Shown: piece after piece, positions 56,490 to 64,000 of the stretch
How the letters are laid out: each line of letters begins with the position of its first letter
Numbering within the stretch: the first letter of the stretch is position 1
Origin: Candidatus Zhuqueibacterota bacterium
GTDB taxonomy: Bacteria; Zhuqueibacterota; Zhuqueibacteria; Thermofontimicrobiales; Thiofontviventaceae
Direction of reading: 5' to 3'
Length of the DNA stretch: 64,000 nt
Assembly (NCBI GenBank): GCA_016931935.1
Contig: JAFGDW010000300.1
Coordinates: 55,274-119,273, forward strand
Translations under genes and position numbers: made by a program
The notes under the pieces: model-generated
What the model saw: the letters and a program-made list of their open reading frames with translations, nothing else
The model's database searches: none
Told to the model about the DNA's origin: nothing

Positions 56490-58193
56490 TCATTGCCGTT
56501 TCGCATGTCGCACTGCAGGGAGTGACTGAGCCTCCTGCTGTAATTCCGGTGTCATGACCGCCGGCTCAGTCGAAAAGTCAATGCTCGTTCGTTGATGTCG
56601 AGTCACAATTACAAGCTGCCCTTTTGCGGAACGTTGAATATTTTTATTGTCATAAGTCCAGGTGAACTGATAAGAATATACGCCAGGGCGCAGCTTTTCC
56701 ATGATCGGTTTGTCCAGTTCCCATACAATCCGTGAAGGAATCCGGCCAATACCATCAAACCATTGGATGCCCAGCCCCTTGTCATCCTGGATTATCAAAT
56801 GCCACGATTTTGCCCGGCCACGTCGTCCTTTAATGCGGAATTCGATGCGGTCAGGGTTACATTTATAAGATTCGTTCGATTGATTGGTTAATTTCTGATC
56901 ATTTTTTCCCGGCATTGGTAATTTTTCACGGCGGATTCGGGCAGTCGGGATCGCCTCGAGCAACTCGTCCGCTACCTTTGTGGAGTCACGCATTAAAATC
57001 TCCGCGATGCCGTTCGCCGGATCGATCACATGCTGTCCAACCTTTTGTAATGATTGCTGATATGCCGCTGTCAAGATTTCTGTTGAATCCTTTGAACCAC
57101 CAATAAAAACGATATACCGTGTTTGCGATTCTGGAGCAACGGGTTTATTTATTTCAGTTTTTAATGCGGTGGTCAAATGCCGCCACTCACGTTTGTTCAA
57201 TTTTTCATCGACACGCTCTTCAGAACAAATTCGTTGAACCTCAATCTGCTTTACCGAAGCGTCTACCTGAAGCAGTGCATCTTCTACCGGTGGTGCGGCT
57301 TTATAATTGATGATTGGACGTTCATCACCAAAAGCAAATACCAGACCAACCTGATGCGAACCGATGCTGAAATCCTGAAATTCATTCGTCGGATAGTCGT
57401 ACGTGTAGAACATTTGCATACGATCGGCAACACTCAGTCGTCCCTCGAATTCAATACCATCGGACGTATAACCAAAACGTAATATGCCGCGATCGTTAAT
57501 TTTATAGTCAAGCATTCCGCCGAGCGTTTCCTGATCCAGCAGTGTGATACCAGCAGCGAAACTGCCACGCATATAGCTAATGCCAACATCGAGACGATAA
57601 GGCAGGCGCGCGTCACCGCCGACAAGCGATAAATTTGGCTCGGTTAAATTACTCATGCCGACACCGATCCGCAAATCATAGCGCGGCTGAAACAATAAAC
57701 CAACGCCTACACTATGCGCCAGCGATTGCACGCCATTGGCAAATAACGGATCGTTCGCATCACCCAACTGAAACTGATCCTGCTGATACGACTGATAGAA
57801 GATTTGCCACGATGCTCCCACACTTAGCGATTCCAGCAACCGATAGGCTGTCTGTGCCTGAATGTGTGACTGCTGGTACATCGCAATGCCAAATTGCTGC
57901 CCGTTGATACCAATCACCCACTCACGATCCAACAGGAACGGACTGGTAATATTGAAATAATTCGCCCGCAAGCCAAACTTGTCCTGCTCAAGAAAGCCAA
58001 CGTGCAGCATCTTAACACCCAGCGATACATGCCACGGCTGCAGTGCAATCACAGCCGGATTAATCAGCGAACTGCGGCAATCAAACACATCCGCCGGATT
58101 GCTGTCAATCCAATGTTGGGCTTTCAGCGGCCCGACTGCCACAAGTATGCTGATGGTGACAAGAATGAATGTTTTCGGACGATTTAATTTCAT
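56490..58193 (-). CDS. PorP/SprF-like T9SS outer-membrane protein with ~270-aa C-terminal extension
   Basis: 567 aa. Signal peptide MKLNRPKTFILVTISILVAVGPLKAQ. The N-terminal ~290 aa carry ...SSLINPAVIA (family NPAxxG/A motif) and an alternating beta-strand pattern. It lies directly downstream of a type-B-CTD cargo gene, which is the classic sprB-sprF arrangement. The C-terminal part (WHLIIQDDKGLGIQWFDG...PGVYSYQFTWTYDNKNIQRSAKGQLVIV) is beta-sandwich-like. Confidence 0.5.
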   Translation of the reverse strand: MKLNRPKTFILVTISILVAVGPLKAQHWIDSNPADVFDCRSSLINPAVIALQPWHVSLGVKMLHVGFLEQDKFGLRANYFNITSPFLLDREWVIGINGQQFGIAMYQQSHIQAQTAYRLLESLSVGASWQIFYQSYQQDQFQLGDANDPLFANGVQSLAHSVGVGLLFQPRYDLRIGVGMSNLTEPNLSLVGGDARLPYRLDVGISYMRGSFAAGITLLDQETLGGMLDYKINDRGILRFGYTSDGIEFEGRLSVADRMQMFYTYDYPTNEFQDFSIGSHQVGLVFAFGDERPIINYKAAPPVEDALLQVDASVKQIEVQRICSEERVDEKLNKREWRHLTTALKTEINKPVAPESQTRYIVFIGGSKDSTEILTAAYQQSLQKVGQHVIDPANGIAEILMRDSTKVADELLEAIPTARIRREKLPMPGKNDQKLTNQSNESYKCNPDRIEFRIKGRRGRAKSWHLIIQDDKGLGIQWFDGIGRIPSRIVWELDKPIMEKLRPGVYSYQFTWTYDNKNIQRSAKGQLVIVTRHQRTSIDFSTEPAVMTPELQQEAQSLPAVRHAKRQ

Positions 58194-58240
58194 AATTAGT
58201 ACTTGAAACGTACAATTGTTCTATCAATTTCTGTGCATGG

Positions 58241-58357
58241 ACATCCCCCTGATTCCATCTCGCTGCCCGCAAGCGGGGCGAGGTAGAATATTCCCCCTTC
58301 GAAGGGAGACGATCTCATTTCGCCGCTTGCGGCAACGAAACGGGATCAGGGGGATGT
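58241..58357. repeat. Compound palindromic element in the adhesin-porP spacer
   Basis: Outer 13-bp inverted repeat acatccccctgat(58241-53)/atcagggggatgt(58345-57). It encloses three internal palindromes: ctcgctgcccgcaagcggggcgag, cccttcgaaggg and gccgcttgcggc. Confidence 0.45.
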
Positions 58358-58382
58358 TCGCACTAAACAATTTTAAACTTCA

Positions 58383-61300
58383 TTACCGCGCCAATACCAC
58401 ATATCCCCGCGATACATGGCGATCTCCGTCCTGGAGTACGTACAAATACACGCCCGGTAAAACTAATTGTCGGTCGCGGTTCATTCCATCCCAGACAAAT
58501 GTTGATGCGGATGGGGTATGTAACGTAATGACCGGTCGCCCCTGCATATCAAATACTTTTAATGAAGGGTGACTTAGCTGGAACCGTGAAAAATCAAATT
58601 CCACTTCGTCGTTAAATCCATCATTATTCGGGGTGAACGGATTGCTGCTAAGCCGCAATTCACCTTCGTTGACACGGATATAGATATCCACGACATTGTT
58701 CGTCTCATCAGATTCGGTGATACGATTGTCCGGATCGACGGTAAAACGAATCAGGTGTCTGCCAATTGTATCAAATTGCACGGCTGCATCCATCCTCTGT
58801 TCAAAAGACACTGGCAGATTATTCACTGTTTCCGCGTCGATGATTTCACCTTTGTGTTCAAACTTCATATCGAATGGCTGCTCCACGTCAACTTCGTTCG
58901 CGATCACCTGTCCGTGAACATTCACAGATGAATGAACAAGCAAAGTGGTGCTGTCCGCTGAAATCGACGCCACCAAATCGGGTAACGCTTCACGAATAAA
59001 AAAATACGATTGCCAATTTTGCAGACAATTTGCCGGTTCGCTGAGATCGCATGCATCAACGCGTACAGTCACTTTTTCTCCTGATGCAAAACCTGTATCC
59101 GGTGTGTATTCAATTATAAATTCATTCGGAGTACCGGAAATATCAGGTGTTACATCAATATTATTCACCTGCACCTGAATGCTCTCCTGCGATACGCCTG
59201 CAACATCATCCAATAATCGAAATAGTATCGTCGGTCGGTTCAGTACATTGGTTTCGCCTGGTGCAGGTTGCATATCGACGATGTAGGGCGCAATAGTATC
59301 AACACGCGTCCAAAAAATAAATTCAGCATCGCTTTTGTTCGGCGGCACGATCAAATCGGCTGCATTCGCTGAAATACGGATTTGCTGATTGTATGCAAAG
59401 CGATTTTCGGGCTTCCATTCAACCGTTGTGTATTTGGGTGTTCCAGCAATATTGGGTTGGACAATTTCATTATTCACTCGTAACTGAATCGAACCAGCGT
59501 CCACTCCACTTTGCGTGTCCGTAATTTCAAACTGAAGTGAACTGGTAACAGGAACTTCAACGGCAGAATCGCCGGGTGAAATAAATCGAATAACCGGCGG
59601 CTGCACATCTGTTTCGGGATAAAATACGTATTTTTCCGTCGGCATTATGTTAGGAGTATCCGCAAGGTCAGCAGCGTCAATTTCCACTGTTACGCTGTCG
59701 CCATAAGAAAATGGCGTCGCTGGTTTGTACATTAATTGATAATCATAAACAAAACCGTTAATCATCGGTCTGACTGACCGGCCATTGATGCGCATTTTAA
59801 TTGATTGTAGATCGACACCCGACTGCAAATCCGCCAGATGCACGGCGACGGAATCAGTAATCCGGACATTCGTTTGTCCGGGCGTCGGATGGTGGCCGTA
59901 AGTAAACGGCGCTTGTCTGTCACGTCGGTCAGTCAACTTGAACGTGTAGGTTGAATCCAACAAATTTGCCGGATGTGAAAGATCGCGTGCATGAATCCGA
60001 ACACGAATTTGCTGGCCATGCGCCTGATTGGGTGGCATGTGTGACGACACAAACCAAACATCCCCTTCGCGATGCATTTCCAACACCGATGCCATTGAAA
60101 CGTCGTTCACCACAATCCCAACCGCCGATGTATCGACGCCGGCGACAGCATCCGTTAATCGGAAGGCAATATGGGCGGATGGTAGCACGCCTGTATCTCC
60201 CGGTGCAGGCGTTAAATAGCTCAAAATCGGCGGCTGCTTGTCTTCTATGATTGAAAATGAATAATCATCGGGATTCATCTGATTGGGATGCCGGGCATAA
60301 TCCTGTGCGGTCAGCCGGACAGAGACAATTTGATTGTACTGAAATAGTGTATCCGGTTGCCAGCTTATCCGATACCCCTGACTGAGTTTCTGAAATGATG
60401 GCACGACACTCCCGCCATTCACGCGGAGATTGACGAAACTGGTGTCGACACCGCTCATATCGTCCTGAATAGTCATCGAAATGGCTGTATTTCTGGGCAC
60501 CTGCTCAGCCGACTTTGCCGGTTGGTGCGCCGATGTCCAGGGCGGAAGCGAATCCCGCAATGTATAAAACTGATACTTCAATTCAGATGCATTTCCCGGC
60601 TGGGCCCTATCCTTTGCGGTAATGCGGATATTGATAGTATCATTTTCCATAAATTGCTGTGCTGGGTGAAATGTCAGTGTGCTGCCATCCACAAGCAGCG
60701 GTTCTGCATTTTTGGCATCGACATACAAACGCACATCGGCAACACCCGTGCGATCATCCGTTACTTTGAAAGAAATATTCGTATTCAGTGGGACATTCGT
60801 TTGACCTGCTGTTGGCGATACCGGTGCTATCACCGGTCCCAATGTGTCCTGTGCAATAAAGAATCGATAGAAATAAGGTGGCTGAATCGCATTCGGCGGA
60901 TTTGATTTATCGGCTGCAGCTACTGTGACACTCACGGTATCATTATAGGCAAACGACAATTCGGGCATCAAAATCCGTGTATGCAACATATCGCCATCAA
61001 TTGTCGTTGGCACAAGCGGATTATTCTGCACGTGCACCTGTATCGTGTTCCAATCCACACCAGCGATTGTATCCGCCAGCATAAATTGAATGGCGAGCTG
61101 TTTCACATCATTGGTCGAATTTGCGAGTGGATAAACAGGCACAACCCGGGGGGGCGTCACATCACGTTGCAGGGAAAATTGATACGATTCATCCATAGCA
61201 TTTGGCGTGTATGCCATATCCTGTGCTGTTACACGAACAGTCACATGATTATTGAATAAAAACGGAGTATTCGGCTGCCAGGTGAGCGTAATTATTTTGT

Positions 61301-63224
61301 TCTCAGCGCCAATCTGCATTGCTGGCATCACCGGTGCGTTATTGACCCACATGTGAATCGAATTCACCTCGACGCCACGATAATCATCATGTACCTCGAC
61401 GATAATTGGTTTATCCAGGGGCGCATCCAATGCATCGGCTAATGGTTGCACAGGATTAAGGTAAGGCGCAACCGAATCCGGAAGCATTTTGCCGAGCCCA
61501 TAATACGTAATCAATGTCTTGGATTCACCTGCCTGCATAAACACCGGTTCCCACCACATGGCGACAGCGCTATCGAACGTAATTCTGCTGGTATCGTTAA
61601 GGGTGTAATCCCATGGTTGGCGGAAGATATCGCGCCAGCGCAAAATCGCGAAACGGTCGGGAACCGTCGCATCGTATTTTTTTAGCGTTCCCTGTGCGGA
61701 AAAAATCGTACGGGTTGGATCGCCCTCAATCGCCGTCCACCACTCGGGAATTGCTGCCCCAATAAACTCCTGCTCCATCTGGACAAAATCACCATCCGCA
61801 GTTTTGATGGGCGCACCATCATTTTCACCAAGCATGGTATCAAACAAAATCCGTAACCCAATAACTCTGCCAGCCCCGTTATTGGTAATTGTGTATCTGA
61901 GCTCAGCCGTATCTTCGATTCTATCCACCGACCACTCACTACGCGTCAGCGAAATTGTTTGATCAACACGTACATTCTTGTATGTCCAACTCCAGGTAAC
62001 GGCCGGATCGCCATTTCCCAGTTGAATAGCTGTCGGAATGCTTCGTTGACCGTTAGTCACCACAGCCTCACCCTGGTCCGATCCGAACACTGCCACTTCA
62101 TCTTCAACTTTGAGGGTTGTATATGATGTATGCGGCCAGGGATGGCCGAACAGCAACGGCTTGTTATCGTCCCAGAATGTATTTGGGAGACCTTCCAGCG
62201 TTTGCATGGAGAAATTTGTGCCCGGATATTTATCCGTGACCATCACCTCAATAAATTCATTTTGAATTTTTGTATAAGTCACCGGTGTCAATGAAAAATT
62301 GATATTGGGGATGGTATCACCTGAAGTCACGACAACCGGATATGGAATTTCGGCGGTATGATATTTTGTTGGGTCGACACTGAAAATATATATACGATAA
62401 TTTCCGGGAGCTAATCCTGCTGCACAGTATTCACCGGTTTTCCAGCTACTATTGGCTTCGGAACACCACTGATGCGTTTCCCAATCTTCGACAACCACCC
62501 AGGCAGATATAGGCGCAGCAGGCTGGCCATCGTCCAGTACAAGCCCTTTTATTGCCCCACCTTTAGCCAACTGAAAATCAATATCATCGACCGTGTCACC
62601 AACTGTGACCGTTACCGGATAGGCCATATCCCACGTCGGCGAATTTTTATAGTACGTGGTAATGTAACCGAGTCCCGGATTTCCGGCCAGGATAATATGG
62701 CGTCCCGCTGGCAATGCCGGACTGATATATTCTCCCTGTCGGTTATTCATCGCATAGCCACGATCGATTTTTTCCCGGGCATCATAAAAACCAACATTAA
62801 TCGCATCACGAACTATGTCACCGTTGGGCGTACGTATAATACCCCGGATAAAACCGCCCTGATCGAGATGGAAATCGATACCAGTGATAATACTTTCCGG
62901 ACTTATTTTGATGGTTACAGCATCCGCCGGATTCAGAACGTTATTATAGTACTCATCCACATAATCATCCACATTAACGACTCGAACAATATATTCGCCA
63001 GTCGCGATGGATTGAATACGGTAATGACCGGAGGCGTCTGTTCTGGCGTCATAGTCAAAATGCGTGCCGGCACTCTGCTTGGCGCGAACCACGACATCCG
63101 CTAACGTACGACCATCATAGCTGTATACTGTGCCTTCAATAGTGCCTGCGTGTGCAAATTCATATGAATATAGCATGGCCACGACACCCAAAAGCACACC
63201 GATTCGATGCAAGTGCATTTTCAT
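58383..63224 (-). CDS. SprB-like giant cell-surface adhesin with T9SS type-B C-terminal sorting domain
   Basis: Start at MKMHLHRIGVLLGVVAMLYSYEFAHA (signal peptide). N-terminus has three carboxypeptidase-regulatory-like domains (GTIEGTVYSYDGRTLADVVVRA...TDASGHYRI). Eight ~95-aa SbsA/Big_5-like Ig repeats follow, with consensus D..PP.I....P..G.TNV.....I.F...D..SGVD..SI...VN. C-terminus NPFTPNNDGFNDEVEFDF...VFDMQGRPVITL...WDGMNRDRQLVLPGVYLYVL matches the gliding-motility type-B CTD. Confidence 0.75.
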   Translation of the reverse strand: MKMHLHRIGVLLGVVAMLYSYEFAHAGTIEGTVYSYDGRTLADVVVRAKQSAGTHFDYDARTDASGHYRIQSIATGEYIVRVVNVDDYVDEYYNNVLNPADAVTIKISPESIITGIDFHLDQGGFIRGIIRTPNGDIVRDAINVGFYDAREKIDRGYAMNNRQGEYISPALPAGRHIILAGNPGLGYITTYYKNSPTWDMAYPVTVTVGDTVDDIDFQLAKGGAIKGLVLDDGQPAAPISAWVVVEDWETHQWCSEANSSWKTGEYCAAGLAPGNYRIYIFSVDPTKYHTAEIPYPVVVTSGDTIPNINFSLTPVTYTKIQNEFIEVMVTDKYPGTNFSMQTLEGLPNTFWDDNKPLLFGHPWPHTSYTTLKVEDEVAVFGSDQGEAVVTNGQRSIPTAIQLGNGDPAVTWSWTYKNVRVDQTISLTRSEWSVDRIEDTAELRYTITNNGAGRVIGLRILFDTMLGENDGAPIKTADGDFVQMEQEFIGAAIPEWWTAIEGDPTRTIFSAQGTLKKYDATVPDRFAILRWRDIFRQPWDYTLNDTSRITFDSAVAMWWEPVFMQAGESKTLITYYGLGKMLPDSVAPYLNPVQPLADALDAPLDKPIIVEVHDDYRGVEVNSIHMWVNNAPVMPAMQIGAENKIITLTWQPNTPFLFNNHVTVRVTAQDMAYTPNAMDESYQFSLQRDVTPPRVVPVYPLANSTNDVKQLAIQFMLADTIAGVDWNTIQVHVQNNPLVPTTIDGDMLHTRILMPELSFAYNDTVSVTVAAADKSNPPNAIQPPYFYRFFIAQDTLGPVIAPVSPTAGQTNVPLNTNISFKVTDDRTGVADVRLYVDAKNAEPLLVDGSTLTFHPAQQFMENDTINIRITAKDRAQPGNASELKYQFYTLRDSLPPWTSAHQPAKSAEQVPRNTAISMTIQDDMSGVDTSFVNLRVNGGSVVPSFQKLSQGYRISWQPDTLFQYNQIVSVRLTAQDYARHPNQMNPDDYSFSIIEDKQPPILSYLTPAPGDTGVLPSAHIAFRLTDAVAGVDTSAVGIVVNDVSMASVLEMHREGDVWFVSSHMPPNQAHGQQIRVRIHARDLSHPANLLDSTYTFKLTDRRDRQAPFTYGHHPTPGQTNVRITDSVAVHLADLQSGVDLQSIKMRINGRSVRPMINGFVYDYQLMYKPATPFSYGDSVTVEIDAADLADTPNIMPTEKYVFYPETDVQPPVIRFISPGDSAVEVPVTSSLQFEITDTQSGVDAGSIQLRVNNEIVQPNIAGTPKYTTVEWKPENRFAYNQQIRISANAADLIVPPNKSDAEFIFWTRVDTIAPYIVDMQPAPGETNVLNRPTILFRLLDDVAGVSQESIQVQVNNIDVTPDISGTPNEFIIEYTPDTGFASGEKVTVRVDACDLSEPANCLQNWQSYFFIREALPDLVASISADSTTLLVHSSVNVHGQVIANEVDVEQPFDMKFEHKGEIIDAETVNNLPVSFEQRMDAAVQFDTIGRHLIRFTVDPDNRITESDETNNVVDIYIRVNEGELRLSSNPFTPNNDGFNDEVEFDFSRFQLSHPSLKVFDMQGRPVITLHTPSASTFVWDGMNRDRQLVLPGVYLYVLQDGDRHVSRGYVVLAR

Positions 63225-63720
63225 GATGCTTTGGTGCAATAATCTTGTTTTGGATTTTTTAAAGATAAATAGGATGGACGAAATTATCCTATGTTCCCTT
63301 TCCACGGCTGCAAATATAGGATGGCTTCCTCCATTTGAACTGCTTTATCAACTGGAGGTTTGTAACAAAGATGATAGAACTTGCGACTACATTATAGCAA
63401 AAGGTTGGCTAAAATGCAAGTTTTTTTTACTAAACAGAGATAATTTTATCAATAAATATATTATCTTTATGGGATTATAATAAAATCAAATATATCATTT
63501 CAATAGATACAAAATGTTAACCCAATATTCTCAACCACTAATACGCATCAAAAAAATGTCACCATTCTATCAATATTGTAACTTTTCTTGAATTACCGGA
63601 TTGTAATTCATAAAAAACAATATAGCTATGAAAGATAATTTGTAATCGTTCACAGGGTTTCAGAATGGTACTCCAATTTTTGGTGCCCTACATACTGTCT
63701 TCAGGAAACAGTTGATCAGA

Positions 63721-63787
63721 CAAGGAGATGGGGCGACAAGGTGACAGGGAGAAACAATAAATTGTTTATCATCTCCCCATCTCCTTG
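63721..63787. repeat. Hairpin with 13-bp stem enclosing an AT palindrome, in the 5' region of the adhesin gene
   Basis: caaggagatgggg(63721-33)/ccccatctccttg(63775-87). Inner palindrome aacaataaattgtt(63753-66). Confidence 0.35.
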
Positions 63788-64000
63788 TCACCCTGTCTCC
63801 CACTCTCGATGCCTGGTGTTCTAATATTACGACCGAGCCACGAAAATATTGCCTTCATACACCTGTGAACGGTTACGATAATTTGTATTTTTCAATTAAT
63901 GATGAAGCGAACTTGCTACACCTTATTATTTCAAAATCAGATAGTACGTTTAACGTCAGCGAGCCGTCAAACGGGATGCGCAAGTCAGACAACTTAGTCC

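Noticed and set aside
58696-63104. Multiple plus-strand ORFs (73-210 aa) inside the minus-strand adhesin gene, and ORF 63130..63480 overlapping its start region
   Set aside because: Antisense to a 1613-aa gene with a coherent repeat and CTD architecture. Low-complexity, Cys/Arg-rich translations typical of spurious frames.

Overview
This 64 kb window is bacterial chromosomal DNA, dense with genes, most of them on the minus strand. Three things point to an FCB-superphylum organism (Bacteroidota, Ignavibacteriota, Chlorobiota or Calditrichota), by inference only: a fused lpxC-fabZ gene, T9SS C-terminal sorting domains of both type A and type B, and PorP/SprF-like and PorV/PorQ-like barrel proteins.

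Layout:
- 0.1-12.9 kb: a classical outer-membrane and lipid A biogenesis cluster, all on the minus strand (uppS, tamB-like, bamA, skp, lpxD, lpxC/fabZ, lpxA, a lipoate-ligase-family gene, and a partial signal-peptide ORF at the window edge).
- 13-25.7 kb: housekeeping genes (TPR lipoprotein, mtnA, waaA, LytR_C protein, mnmA plus a nifS/iscS-like cysteine desulfurase, a PorV/PorQ-like barrel, panB/panC/panD, DUF523-DUF1722).
- 26-32.5 kb: a TetR-regulated RND efflux operon (tetR, tolC, MFP, RND pump) with a candidate operator palindrome and a nested-palindrome element between tolC and the MFP gene.
- 32.7-49.6 kb: accessory genes. These are DedA, three MFS transporters, a 1798-aa T9SS type-A CTD protein with five to six novel ~155-aa tandem repeats and a BNR-like propeller, an inverted-repeat-flanked four-helix-bundle gene carrying an in-frame TAA, an isochorismatase-family protein, a GHL10+NHL protein and a YpdA-family disulfide reductase.
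- 49.8-63.2 kb: the most interesting region, a minus-strand cluster that looks like a candidate undescribed envelope system. It starts with a 1613-aa SprB-like adhesin bearing a T9SS type-B CTD, followed by a PorP/SprF-like barrel with a C-terminal extension. Next come an ExbB/TolQ homolog fused to two Ig-like domains, two ExbD genes, and a membrane-anchored protein in the TonB position that lacks a TonB C-terminal domain. A secreted hypothetical and two divergent tandem PilX-like paralogs complete it.

Several intergenic spacers carry unusual nested palindromic structures. No rRNA, tRNA, CRISPR array or transposase genes were found.
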